Shown: piece by piece, positions 9,705 to 19,674 of the stretch
Numbering within the stretch: the stretch's first letter is position 1
Layout: each line of letters begins with the position of its first letter
Source: Patescibacteria group bacterium
GTDB taxonomy: Bacteria; Patescibacteriota; Minisyncoccia; Phycocordibacterales; CAIZLB01
Direction: 5' to 3'
DNA: 64,000 nucleotides
NCBI GenBank assembly: GCA_040384445.1
Contig: JAZKJG010000001.1
Location: 249,483 to 313,482, forward strand
Notes under the pieces: model-generated
Database searches by the model: none
What the model was told of the DNA's origin: nothing
Seen by the model: the letters and a program-made list of their open reading frames with translations, nothing else
Translations under genes and position numbers: made by a program

Positions 9705-10655
9705 TTATGCACTCAATCCACAAAGCTTTTTTATCTCTTTAATTCTCTTAAGTGCAACTTTATTTGCCTGCTTATTTCCCTTTTCTACAACTTTCAAAAT
9801 TACCTTCATATTCTTCGCAAGCTTTTCTCGTCTTTCTCTTAAAGGTTTTATAAATGCATCAAGATCGTCTATAAGTGCCTCCTTTAAAGCTTTATACTTT
9901 CCTTTATGTAACTCATAAAGTGGTGCAAGCTCAGCCTCAGTCTTGATAAGTTTATGAATGTTGTAGACGTGAGTTGGAACATCGGATCCAGAGTCAGTCA
10001 CGATACTCATTACCAGTTTTTGAATTTCTTCTCGAGTAGAAAACAATGGGATTGTATTTCCATAACTCTTACTCATTTTCTTTCCATCGATTCCAGGTAC
10101 AAGTTGTGCATCGGCAATTAAAATCTCTTTTGGTTCTACAAAATATTCTCCATACTCATGATTAAATTTTCGTACTACGTCTCGAGCAATCTCAACATGC
10201 TGTTTATTATCAATTCCTACTGGCACATGAGTTGTTCCGTACAGGAGAATATCTGCAGCCATAAGCACTGGGTACAGAAACGTTCCGGCTAATACTTCTT
10301 TCCCTTTCGCCTCTGCGTCTTTATATAAATGTCCTCGCATCAAGTATGGTACCGTCATCAAGTAAGAGAAAATCATTGCCAGTTCAGAATGAGCAGGTAC
10401 TGCTGACTGAATAAACAACGTAGAGTTCTTTGGATCAATTCCAATAGCTAAATAGTCAAGTATGATGTCAAGACTTGCTTGTCTCATTGCTTCACCCTTA
10501 TTGGCGTCAAGCGTATGCATGTCTGCAACCATAAAAAACTTATCAGCACTTTTGTGCTCGTTTTGCATTTCCACAAATTGTCGCATTGCACCAAAATAAT
10601 TTCCAATATGCGGTCTTCCACTTGGTCGTACTCCTGATAAAATAATATTTTTCAT
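9705..10655 (-). CDS. trpS: Tryptophanyl-tRNA synthetase
   Basis: HIGNY, YPVLMAADIL, KMSKS. Confidence 0.96.
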   Translation of the reverse strand: MKNIILSGVRPSGRPHIGNYFGAMRQFVEMQNEHKSADKFFMVADMHTLDANKGEAMRQASLDIILDYLAIGIDPKNSTLFIQSAVPAHSELAMIFSYLMTVPYLMRGHLYKDAEAKGKEVLAGTFLYPVLMAADILLYGTTHVPVGIDNKQHVEIARDVVRKFNHEYGEYFVEPKEILIADAQLVPGIDGKKMSKSYGNTIPLFSTREEIQKLVMSIVTDSGSDVPTHVYNIHKLIKTEAELAPLYELHKGKYKALKEALIDDLDAFIKPLRERREKLAKNMKVILKVVEKGNKQANKVALKRIKEIKKLCGLSA

Positions 10656-10662
10656 ATAGTTT

Positions 10663-12141
10663 TTATTGTTTAGGTTTCAATAATGGAAACAATATCACAT
10701 CTCGTAGGTTTGGCTGATTTGTAAGCAAGGCGATCACACGCTCAACCCCCATTCCCCATCCTGACATTGGAGGCATTCCATGTTCCATCGCCTCTACATA
10801 TTCATCATCTTTTTGCATCGCTTCATCATCCCCCGCATCTCTAAATTCTCCCTGCTTTGCAAATCGTTCGGCTTGATCAATTGGATCAACCAACTCACTG
10901 TATGCATTTACAATTTCCCAGCCGTTTAACACTAGTTGGAATCTATCTGTTACTTCTCCGTTCTCATCGTTCTTTCGAGCAAGAGGAGAAATATCTATAG
11001 GATGATGCGTCAAAAACGTAGGCTTCACGAGTTTTGGTCGAGAAACTTTTTTGTACAATGAGTCAATCATGTTTCCCCGCCCAAGTGTATCAATATCTTT
11101 AATCTGAATATTTAATTTTTGGATAGCAGCTTTTAGAGTTTCTGTATCAGGATACAAATCAATATCAATTCCACAATCTGCAATTAATAATTCTCTAAAT
11201 GTTTTTCTATCCCACGGTGGCGTTAAATCAACTGTCACGAGTTCTCCGTCTCTATTCATACACTGAATTTCCATAGTACCTCGAAGTTTCCCAATAATTT
11301 CCGTAAACATTTCCTCTGTAAACTTCATATTATCTTTGTAATCCCAGTACGCCGCATAGTGCTCTATCATCGTAAATTCTTGTAAATGAGACGCGTCCAT
11401 TCCCTCATTTCGAAATACTCGAGCAACTTCAAATACTCGATCAAATCCCCCTACAATTGCTTCCTTAAGGTAAATCTCTGGCGCAATTCGAAGATACACA
11501 TCCATATCAAGTGCATTGTAGTGAGTTATAAAAGGTTTAGCTAAAGCACCAGAAGCAGATGTTTGCAGAACTGGTGTATCAACTTCTACGAAATTATGTT
11601 TGTTATAGAAATTTCGAAGTTCATGTAAAAAAGCAGAACGGAATTTAAATCTATCCATTGTTTCCTGATTACTAATAAGATCAAGATATCGTTTTCTGTA
11701 TACAGTTTCTGTATCAGTAAGTCCGTGCCATTTTTCAGGGAGTGGACGCAATGATTTTGAAAGAAATGTAAATCCAGTCACAAGTACTGAGATCTCACCT
11801 TTTTGAGTTGTAAAAATTGTTCCCTCTGCACCAACAAAATCACCAACATGAATCATATCTATTAATTCATCAAATGTTTCTCCCATTACATCAGCCTTAG
11901 CAACGATCTGTAATTGACCTGAAAAATCTTGCAGTTTAATGAATGCGAGCTTTCCCATATTTCGTAAAAAGACAATTCGTCCACACACTTTTACTTCTGC
12001 TCCTTCGGCCTTTTGTTTTGCATCATTCAACACATCACTTCTCTCAAATTTGTCGGCAAATGCAGTGATTCCTTTTTCTTGTATACTTTCTAGTTTTTTT
12101 ACACGGTCCAGTCGTTCGTCGTGTGATGATGCGGGTTCCAT
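10663..12141 (-). CDS. lysS: Lysyl-tRNA synthetase class II
   Basis: PLPEKWHGL, YLRIAPE, FRNEG, NAYSEL, RDVILFP. Confidence 0.97.
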   Translation of the reverse strand: MEPASSHDERLDRVKKLESIQEKGITAFADKFERSDVLNDAKQKAEGAEVKVCGRIVFLRNMGKLAFIKLQDFSGQLQIVAKADVMGETFDELIDMIHVGDFVGAEGTIFTTQKGEISVLVTGFTFLSKSLRPLPEKWHGLTDTETVYRKRYLDLISNQETMDRFKFRSAFLHELRNFYNKHNFVEVDTPVLQTSASGALAKPFITHYNALDMDVYLRIAPEIYLKEAIVGGFDRVFEVARVFRNEGMDASHLQEFTMIEHYAAYWDYKDNMKFTEEMFTEIIGKLRGTMEIQCMNRDGELVTVDLTPPWDRKTFRELLIADCGIDIDLYPDTETLKAAIQKLNIQIKDIDTLGRGNMIDSLYKKVSRPKLVKPTFLTHHPIDISPLARKNDENGEVTDRFQLVLNGWEIVNAYSELVDPIDQAERFAKQGEFRDAGDDEAMQKDDEYVEAMEHGMPPMSGWGMGVERVIALLTNQPNLRDVILFPLLKPKQ

Positions 12142-12177
12142 GGAGGGATTATAGCATAGGAATTTGAGTAAATATAA

Positions 12178-12209
12178 TAAAAAAGATCCCCTCCCCGTGA
12201 AGGGAGGAG
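12178..12209 (-). terminator. Intrinsic terminator (minus strand)
   Basis: TCTCCTCCCT-TCAC-GGGGAGGGGA then T tract; all pairs form only on the minus strand (G-U). Confidence 0.8.
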
Positions 12210-12211
12210 AC

Positions 12212-12452
12212 GGTTTTGTTCCATACCAGGAGCTCAGGTATGCCTGAGAGTTAAGGATCTACCGGGGCAACATCAGTAGCTTGTTTGCTTGTCAGTAGTT
12301 TGATCCTGTAAACGCTTCACCGAAGCCTTCGGCACTTCGTTTACACACTCCTCCTCGGATTCATTAGCGTGTGCCAATTTAGCCATAGGTCTGGGCCGTT
12401 TTGGACCCTCTCGTACATACTGATCAAGTAGTGCACTTTCAGGAACGCAACC
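12212..12452 (-). ncRNA. Candidate structured non-coding RNA (~240 nt), family unknown
   Basis: TTGTAA-17-TAATCT promoter, closing stem GGTTgcGTTCC/GGAACaaAACC, internal hairpins, terminator; longest ATG ORF 37 aa. Confidence 0.5.
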
Positions 12453-12493
12453 TTTTTTCAGATTACTATATTTATAAAATTTTTACAAGCACA

Positions 12494-14086
12494 TTACATG
12501 CCCTTAAGCTCAATAATAAACGTAGAACCTTTGCCTTCTCCTGCAGATTCTGCCCACAAATGTCCTTCATGAGCTTCAACAAATGATTTTGCAATAAAGA
12601 GTCCAAGTCCAGTCCCTAAAATGTTTGCCTGTGAAGCGTCTGGCGCACGTGAGAATTTTACGAAAAGTTTTGGCATAACTTCAGCTGAAATTCCAACCCC
12701 TGTATCACTTACTTCTACCCGTACAATACCATCTGTTTTTCTGCATGCAGTTATCGTAATACTTCCCTTTGGTGTGTACTTGATAGAGTTGTCAATAATA
12801 TTCATGATAACTTGCTTCAACTTGGTTCTATCTGCACGTACGTTAAACAATCCTCCTTCATCAGTTTTTGGAATATTATCAACACATGCCAATCCAGATC
12901 GTTCAAATGAGGGAGCAAGTTCTGTCATACACTCTCGAAGTAATTCTCGTAGATCTAGATTCACAAAGTCGTAATGCATTCTCCCTTGTTCAATTCGAGT
13001 TACATCAAGGTAATCATTTACCACAGACGCAAGAGTTGTACACGAAAGTTCCATAACTCCGAGTGCTTCTTTAGCTTCTTTAGATACCGGACCAAGATCC
13101 TCATCACGAAGGAGTGAGATATATCCTTTGATTGATGTAAGCGGTCCTCGAATCTGATGTGATGCAAGAGATACGAACTCTGATTTTTCTTCTGAGATTC
13201 GGTGGAGTTCTGCGTTTTTCTTAACGAGGAGTTCGGATGATTTTTGCAATTCCTCTTTAGTTTTGATTTCCACTTTTACGCTTTTTATAAACAACCAACT
13301 AAAGATTGCCACAAAAATAAAGATTACAATCTTAAATGTAATTTGACTCACACCTTCTGATAAGATTATTTCTATAAATGAAATAAGAATGAGTGCAGAA
13401 GTAAACAGCTGCGCCGTAACCACCTTTGGACTCAATACCTTATATCGTATAACTCCATACACCATCACAATGATATATAAGATAACGATATAGTTTCCGA
13501 AAGGATATATATTAAAGAATTGCGGGAAAAAGTTTGTTCCACCTGCAGTAAATCCAATAAGGCACACGATAAGGGTGTTTTTCAACTGAGAACGGTATGT
13601 GCTTCCTGGTTCGATCTTTTTCAACGTATTCCAAATATGAAATACGCTTAAGATCACAGTACTAGCAAAAAATATTGGGAACAAAATATAAAGTGGTCCT
13701 GGATTAATCCAAAAGAAATCAAACTTTTGGACCATTCCAACTTTGAACAAAGGAGAGAAACTGAGGATAGCCATCGCAAAACTCACAATATACAAAATTG
13801 TTCTTGTATATGTTTTTTTATACCTAAGTAGCGTTGCAACAAAGGCAAAATATGTTGAAGGAATCCAGACTGCGGATGCATCCAAAATATATTGCCACTT
13901 AAATGCACTTTCTGCAGTTGATGCACTTGTAAGAAAATACAGTGCCATACTCCATGCTGCAAACGGGATCGAAAAATAGAACCAGTATCTGTTTACTTTA
14001 TTTTCTCTATCAGACTGGAATGCTACAACACTAAATAGAATTGTTGTGAGACTGAGTATAAGGCTCGAGAGACTAAAAGCTGACAT
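12494..14086 (-). CDS. Multi-TM sensor histidine kinase
   Basis: SHQIRGPL H-box, NIIDNSIKYT, DTGVGI, GTGLGL. Confidence 0.93.
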   Translation of the reverse strand: MSAFSLSSLILSLTTILFSVVAFQSDRENKVNRYWFYFSIPFAAWSMALYFLTSASTAESAFKWQYILDASAVWIPSTYFAFVATLLRYKKTYTRTILYIVSFAMAILSFSPLFKVGMVQKFDFFWINPGPLYILFPIFFASTVILSVFHIWNTLKKIEPGSTYRSQLKNTLIVCLIGFTAGGTNFFPQFFNIYPFGNYIVILYIIVMVYGVIRYKVLSPKVVTAQLFTSALILISFIEIILSEGVSQITFKIVIFIFVAIFSWLFIKSVKVEIKTKEELQKSSELLVKKNAELHRISEEKSEFVSLASHQIRGPLTSIKGYISLLRDEDLGPVSKEAKEALGVMELSCTTLASVVNDYLDVTRIEQGRMHYDFVNLDLRELLRECMTELAPSFERSGLACVDNIPKTDEGGLFNVRADRTKLKQVIMNIIDNSIKYTPKGSITITACRKTDGIVRVEVSDTGVGISAEVMPKLFVKFSRAPDASQANILGTGLGLFIAKSFVEAHEGHLWAESAGEGKGSTFIIELKGM

Positions 14087-14110
14087 GTGATGATTGTATC
14101 ATATTATATT

Positions 14111-14770
14111 TTAATGAGGATATGTCTTTCCAGAAAGTTTTGCAATTTCTCGCATAATAGCACTCGTCACTTCTTCTAAAACAACAGGGTCCTTGTAACC
14201 ATCTTTAAGATGATCAAAATACATTGGTTCTCCAACAACTATCTCTGCAGTTTTTGAAAAATTAACTTTCTTACTTGCCTTGTTGTGAATATGATGTGTT
14301 CCTTTAATTCCAACAGGTATTACAGGTACATTATGTTGTAATGCATAGCGAGCCACACCAGTAAAAGCTTTCAACATTTCTGTATCTGAATGAGATCGTG
14401 TTCCTTCTGGGAAAATTCCAATCAAATTTTTCTTAAACAAATGTTTTTCAACTGTTGCGTGAACTTCAGATTTATCATGCGCATTCCTTTCAACTTTGAT
14501 TTGACCAGTTGAAAGCATGAGTGGTTTCCAAAGTTTATGGTGAAAAAATTTCTCCGCAGATAGGAAATGTATATTTCTTCCTGACACTGAGATCAAACAT
14601 AAGAAATCAAATATACTTTGGTGGTTTGCTGCGATTATTCCTGCCTCTTTATGCTTTTTAATATGATGAACATTCGAGTGAGATTTTACCCATATAGATT
14701 TTATAAACGGAGACATTATGGCTCGTACTGCCATATATGTATATTTAGTCAGAGTACTGTGGGATTTCAT
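14111..14770 (-). CDS. PlsC-like lysophospholipid acyltransferase
   Basis: NHQSIFD, IFPEGTRS; start chosen 7 nt after TATGAT (track start 14806). Confidence 0.88.
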   Translation of the reverse strand: MKSHSTLTKYTYMAVRAIMSPFIKSIWVKSHSNVHHIKKHKEAGIIAANHQSIFDFLCLISVSGRNIHFLSAEKFFHHKLWKPLMLSTGQIKVERNAHDKSEVHATVEKHLFKKNLIGIFPEGTRSHSDTEMLKAFTGVARYALQHNVPVIPVGIKGTHHIHNKASKKVNFSKTAEIVVGEPMYFDHLKDGYKDPVVLEEVTSAIMREIAKLSGKTYPH

Positions 14771-14921
14771 AGATATAATCATAAGCTTAATATCCATATA
14801 TTGCAATTGTTTTTCGGTATATACCTTGCTTTTATACCTTAATGGTGATATAATGTTTTCGTGTGAGGAACTTCCTACTCCTTACGATTCCCGTACCTTC
14901 ACCTATGGTCTGTAGGAGATC

Positions 14922-15653
14922 ATGTATCCCATCAATATATTGAAAACCTTATTTGTCCCCGGTCTCTGGTTCAACCCAGATGGACCGATTGGAGAGAAGC
15001 TCCAAGAACGCTTCGAACGCCTCACTGTTCTGCGTCATTGTGGAATGGATCTTAAAAGTCGTGTGAAAAATTTGAAAGAAAACATTCACCCGACCGACGA
15101 AACAACGATCGTTGGTCACAGCGCAGGCTGCGTTGTGATTCTTGAAGCAATGAAAGAGCTTCCAGCGGAACACAATATTAAGAACATCATCCTAATGAAT
15201 CCGGCTCCTGTTAAAGGGATCAAGTTCGGATTCAAGGATGAATTGTTCTGGAAAATGATGTACCCTCCCTACGTGGCAGCAATGATGTTTGGAAAGAAAT
15301 TCGAGTTAACTCCTACACACGTAGGACAACTCCTCTCCATTCAAAAAGAAAAGCTTCCTGCGGTCTGTGAAAACTTCACCCCAGATAGCGGAAAATTTGC
15401 TCGCGAGTTGGTTTTGAACCAGTTCAAACAGAAGGAGCGTATTACGATTCCGAAAAATATCAAACTTAGTGTTCTGGAGTCTGAAGGAGACATGATGATC
15501 GGCAGCACAATCAAGCAAACCATTCACCACCTCCGTCTCCACAACTCTGGACGTGTCACCACCACCGTACGAGTAGGCGGCCATCTCTGGGCCCTTCAAA
15601 ACGCCAAAGAGGTTGTGGACTACTTTGCTCCACTTCAACCTGCATTATCCTGA
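14922..15653 (+). CDS. Alpha/beta hydrolase (cassette)
   Basis: GHSAG nucleophile, downstream D and GGH; own TATAAT promoter and terminator. Confidence 0.8.
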   Translation: MYPINILKTLFVPGLWFNPDGPIGEKLQERFERLTVLRHCGMDLKSRVKNLKENIHPTDETTIVGHSAGCVVILEAMKELPAEHNIKNIILMNPAPVKGIKFGFKDELFWKMMYPPYVAAMMFGKKFELTPTHVGQLLSIQKEKLPAVCENFTPDSGKFARELVLNQFKQKERITIPKNIKLSVLESEGDMMIGSTIKQTIHHLRLHNSGRVTTTVRVGGHLWALQNAKEVVDYFAPLQPALS

Positions 15654-15662
15654 TTCAAACGA

Positions 15663-15701
15663 ACCCCCCAGTACCCAACCCGGTACTCGGGGGTGTTTTT
15701 T
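15663..15701 (+). terminator. Intrinsic terminator
   Basis: acccccc-agtacc...ggtact-c-gggggt plus T tract. Confidence 0.8.
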
Positions 15702-15717
15702 ATGTTACACTCCTCAG

Positions 15718-16158
15718 ATGACCATCACTGTAATCACCATCTCAGGAGTAAAAAACAAAACAATCCTTCCTCTTATCGCAGAATACGTAAAAAGAATTAG
15801 TCGATATTCTAAAATCCAAGTTTTAGACATCAAAGAAGAAAAACGAGAGAATCACATCATCAATATCAAACACGCATATCCATCTTCATATATTTTCGCA
15901 TTAGATGAAGAAGGAAAAACCTACACCTCAGATTCATTTGCAAAACACATTGAACATATTCAAACCCATATCTCGAGTAATATTATCTTCGTTATCGGAC
16001 CTTCTGCAGGATTTAGTGTTGAAGAATTAAAAACTGCTAATCAAAAATTATCTCTCTCGTCCCTAACCTTTCCACATGAACTTGCAACAATGTTAGTTTG
16101 TGAACAGGTATATAGAGCGCTCACCATTTTAAACAATCATCCGTATCATAAAGAATAG
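15718..16158 (+). CDS. rlmH: 23S rRNA m3Psi1915 methyltransferase
   Basis: ALDEEGK, FVIGPSAG, LSLSSLTFPHEL, EQVYRA, HPYHK; start corrected to ATG 15718. Confidence 0.93.
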   Translation: MTITVITISGVKNKTILPLIAEYVKRISRYSKIQVLDIKEEKRENHIINIKHAYPSSYIFALDEEGKTYTSDSFAKHIEHIQTHISSNIIFVIGPSAGFSVEELKTANQKLSLSSLTFPHELATMLVCEQVYRALTILNNHPYHKE

Positions 16159-17403
16159 CTAGAAAATCTCCCCCCAAATCTCCCCTACATAATCTACAAC
16201 TTCATCCAACTTCACCTCCGTACTTACATTTGTCTTTCGCACCTTCACCTCACACATCCCTTTCTCCAAAGTCTTTGGACCCACAATAATCTGCACAGGC
16301 ATTCCGAGCATATCAGCATCTGTCATTTTATCTTTAATACTCATGATTCGGTCGTCGAACAAAGCATTGTCTAGTTTAGAATAAATCTCTTCACTCGCAG
16401 CATATACTGCATCACCTTTTTCTTTGTGTAAACTTACAATTTCAATTCCAAATGGCGCTACAGCTTTCGGCCATACAAGCCCAAGATCATCTGCATATTT
16501 TTCTACAATCACTCCCATCACTCGCGTGATTCCAATCCCGTATGATCCTAGAATTACAGGTTTCTGAACACCATCATTATCCATATATAGTAGACCCATT
16601 TTTTCTGACTTCTCACCTCCGAAGCTGAAAATATTTCCAACCTCTGCAGTTTTTACTTTCTCCAATTTCTCAGTATCCACTCCCTCAATAGCTTCTTCGT
16701 TATACGCAATCATTTTTTCTCTATCAATATAGACAACGTCCTCCCCCGCATCGCAGATTGTTTGAAACTCGTGAGAAGTATTTTTTGTAAATGCACCACC
16801 TGACGCCAGAGTTAAAAAGGTATCTTGTCCAAGACCAACTCTGTTATAGAAATTTGTGTACGCTTCAATCATTCGTGAATAAAATGCCGCGTGCATTTCA
16901 TCATCCTTTGAATATGAATATAAATCCTTCATCACAAATTCTCGTCCTCGCATAATACCACTTTTTGCTCGAAGTTCATTTCGAAGCTTTGTTTGAAACT
17001 GGTATACGTAAATTGGAAGATCTTTATAACTGTGAATAGAGTGCGTCATCATGTCTGTAATCGGTTCTTCATGCGACCATCCAAACCCAACTTCAGTTCC
17101 ATTTTTAAGTGTACTCTTAAACCATACATCTACATTTTCATCACTCCATCGATCTGTCTTTTCCCAAATATCTTTTCGCTGAAGTGCTGTCATGATAATC
17201 TCCTGCCCGTTCGCCTTATTCATCTCATCTCGAGCAATCTGTTTAAGTTTTTCAATCACCATCAACCCAAAAGGCATGTATGCGTACACTCCCGCCATTT
17301 CCTTATGAACATATCCTGCTTGAATCAGAATTTGAGCATTTTTTGCCGCCTCATCAGACGGAAATTCTTTCCGAGTTTTAGTGAAGATGTTGCTGTGTCG
17401 CAT
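16159..17403 (-). CDS. proS: Prolyl-tRNA synthetase (short, no editing domain)
   Basis: SHEE, RNELRAKSGIMRGREFVMKDLYS, GSYGIGITR. Confidence 0.93.
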   Translation of the reverse strand: MRHSNIFTKTRKEFPSDEAAKNAQILIQAGYVHKEMAGVYAYMPFGLMVIEKLKQIARDEMNKANGQEIIMTALQRKDIWEKTDRWSDENVDVWFKSTLKNGTEVGFGWSHEEPITDMMTHSIHSYKDLPIYVYQFQTKLRNELRAKSGIMRGREFVMKDLYSYSKDDEMHAAFYSRMIEAYTNFYNRVGLGQDTFLTLASGGAFTKNTSHEFQTICDAGEDVVYIDREKMIAYNEEAIEGVDTEKLEKVKTAEVGNIFSFGGEKSEKMGLLYMDNDGVQKPVILGSYGIGITRVMGVIVEKYADDLGLVWPKAVAPFGIEIVSLHKEKGDAVYAASEEIYSKLDNALFDDRIMSIKDKMTDADMLGMPVQIIVGPKTLEKGMCEVKVRKTNVSTEVKLDEVVDYVGEIWGEIF

Positions 17404-17463
17404 AGATATATTGATACTATCATAACCTTGCTAAACATTCTATAAACGGCTATACTCACACCC

Positions 17464-18042
17464 ATGGCATTAATTGAATACAGTGACATTGTCACACGAA
17501 AAACTATTATCTTTGAAGGAGAACCGTATGAAATTTTGGATCACCATATTTTCCGAAAACAGATGCGAAAGCCTGTAAACGCAGTTAAAATGCGAAACCT
17601 TATCTCAGGGAGAACTATTGAACATTCTTTCCAAGCAACAGAAAAGGCAGAAGAAGCTGAACTAGAAACAGCTAAAGTTAAATATCTATTTAATAACAAG
17701 GGAGAATGGTGGTTCTGTCCTGAGAATGAACCGTCAAAACGTTTCAAACTTGCAGACACACTTATTGGAGACAGTCGAAAGTTTTTGAAGACAAATGCAA
17801 TTATCGATGTAAAGTACTTTGGAGAACTTGCTATCGGTGTAAAACTTCCTGTTAAGATTGATCTTGAAGTAACAGAAGCTCCGCCAACAGTCCGAGGCGA
17901 TACCGCAAAAGGAGGAAACAAAATTGTTACTCTTGAGACTGGCGCAGAAGTTCAATGTCCAATGTTCATCGGTCCTGGTGACATCATCAGAATCAATACC
18001 GATACTGGAGAGTACGCAGAGCGAGTGTCTGTTGCTAAGTAA
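17464..18042 (+). CDS. efp: Elongation factor P
   Basis: PTVRGDTA, LETGAEVQCPMFI, NTDTGEYAER. Confidence 0.93.
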   Translation: MALIEYSDIVTRKTIIFEGEPYEILDHHIFRKQMRKPVNAVKMRNLISGRTIEHSFQATEKAEEAELETAKVKYLFNNKGEWWFCPENEPSKRFKLADTLIGDSRKFLKTNAIIDVKYFGELAIGVKLPVKIDLEVTEAPPTVRGDTAKGGNKIVTLETGAEVQCPMFIGPGDIIRINTDTGEYAERVSVAK

Positions 18043-18044
18043 GG

Positions 18045-18208
18045 AAATATATAATTAAAAAACACATACCCGCAGACTAGGCATGTGTTTTTTAATTATA
18101 TATTTTTAGCATTGTACTCAAGAGTTTTAGAATTGAAAAATTTTTACAGCGTAATCATGCCTAGTCTGCGGGTATGATGGAGTTGTAAAAATTTTCATTA
18201 CTCTAAAA
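18045..18208. repeat. Pair of long hairpins sharing an inverted 21-bp core (REP/REPIN-like; bidirectional terminator)
   Basis: 23-bp perfect arms 18045-67/18083-105; core 18065-85 is the exact reverse complement of 18156-76. Confidence 0.8.
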
Positions 18209-18833
18209 TAAACCACCCATGACTCTTTGCGTAATCTCTCAATTTCTTAGTTGGAGATACTGCATATCTATATGTTGCTTTAATCATAAGTGGAATATCT
18301 GAATGATGGTCAGAGTATGCAAATGATCCTTCGAAATCATACTTTTGAAGATTAGTAATCTTGTTTTCACCGTAGTTTGGAATTCCCAGAATCTCTCCTG
18401 TATATTTCCCGTCCTCAACTTTAAGCTGTGTTGATGTGTATTGTGGAATGTGAAAAAACTTGGCTGCAGCCTCTACAATAGGTTCAAAAGCAGCACTTGT
18501 GAGTACAACATGCTTACCTGCAGAGATGTGTTTCTCAAGCTCTTCTACAGCTCTAAAATTTTGTATTGATGCGAACTCTGCGAAAACAAACGCTCGAACA
18601 ACTTTTTTCATATATTCAACATCAACCCCTTTAAATAGCTTTGCCGATTCTTTGTATAGTTTCGGCATACTATCTTCTCCAATCAAATGAAGTTTGTATC
18701 GCAAGAAAAAAAAGTGTAATTTCAACACAGTAACAAGTGAAATTATTTTTCTTTTATATAGTACCTGTATAAGTAATCCCTGACTCTGAGTGCGAATAAG
18801 CGTTTTATCCAAATCAAAAAAGACATGTGACAT
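18198..18833 (-). CDS. HAD-IB family hydrolase (SerB-like)
   Basis: FFDLDKTL, LTSAA, GENK, AYSDHHSDIP. Confidence 0.9.
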   Translation of the reverse strand: MSHVFFDLDKTLIRTQSQGLLIQVLYKRKIISLVTVLKLHFFFLRYKLHLIGEDSMPKLYKESAKLFKGVDVEYMKKVVRAFVFAEFASIQNFRAVEELEKHISAGKHVVLTSAAFEPIVEAAAKFFHIPQYTSTQLKVEDGKYTGEILGIPNYGENKITNLQKYDFEGSFAYSDHHSDIPLMIKATYRYAVSPTKKLRDYAKSHGWFILE

Positions 18834-18902
18834 AGGTAGATTATTATACTCGTATGAATTCTTTTTGCAAACCCAATATCACATTACACAACTCTTCTTG
18901 TA

Positions 18903-19388
18903 CTAAATGTTTGTAAAACAGTAGTAATTGGAACCATTGCTCCATGTTTTCAACTCAGGCAAATTAAGTGAGCTTTGAAACATGACATTGTATCCGCTAG
19001 CTGATGGACCAACACCTCCACAGGTACCACCAAGATCAGATCCTGATCCAATATAATTCATATGAAAATTTGCCTGCCCAACTCCTGTTGTAAATCCGAG
19101 TTGTCCAACTGGTAAATATGGATTGAGTGCAGTAATAAAAGGTGTCATGTTGTCCCCAACTAAAGTAAGTGTCCAAGCCTGTACAAGACCTGGATAATAT
19201 CCGTTATTCTGTAACCTATATTGCTCCATAGCAGTTTGGAACCGCTTCACTTCCTGAACAATTTTTGCCACCTGAGACTTTTTTTTAGATTCACTCAGGG
19301 ATACCAGAACTATACTTGAGAGAATTCCAATAATTGTAATCACAATCAATAATTCAATAAGCGTAAATCCTTTTTTTGTTGAATGCAT
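18903..19388 (-). CDS. Type IV pilin / pseudopilin
   Basis: KKG-FTLIELLIVITIIGIL prepilin motif, C-terminal Cys pair. Confidence 0.92.
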   Translation of the reverse strand: MHSTKKGFTLIELLIVITIIGILSSIVLVSLSESKKKSQVAKIVQEVKRFQTAMEQYRLQNNGYYPGLVQAWTLTLVGDNMTPFITALNPYLPVGQLGFTTGVGQANFHMNYIGSGSDLGGTCGGVGPSASGYNVMFQSSLNLPELKTWSNGSNYYCFTNI

Positions 19389-19404
19389 AAATATATAAAA
19401 ATTA

Positions 19405-19659
19405 TTATTGTAATGGAGTTCCTACTGGATGTACATCGTTCGGATCAAACGTTAGAGGTTCTTCTAATGCTCGCATAGACAGAACAGCTGAAATTATAAG
19501 TAATACCGCCATCACAACATACAATAAAATAGTTGCTACCTCTTCTGTTTTTGCAATTCCTGTTTTTATTAAAAACAACACAGCCCGAGAGGGCTGATGT
19601 TGAGTGATATATACAGGAATGTTTTCTTCAACTTGAACTATGTCTTCGTCTTGTAACAT
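19405..19659 (-). CDS. Small single-pass membrane protein
   Basis: 84 aa, one TM, -10 TATACT just upstream. Confidence 0.65.
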   Translation of the reverse strand: MLQDEDIVQVEENIPVYITQHQPSRAVLFLIKTGIAKTEEVATILLYVVMAVLLIISAVLSMRALEEPLTFDPNDVHPVGTPLQ

Positions 19660-19674
19660 TCAATAAGTATACGT

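Noticed and set aside
12200-12452. T-box or lysine riboswitch for lysS
   Set aside because: No GGTGGNACC antiterminator or L-box core, and lysS has its own extended -10 downstream of the terminator
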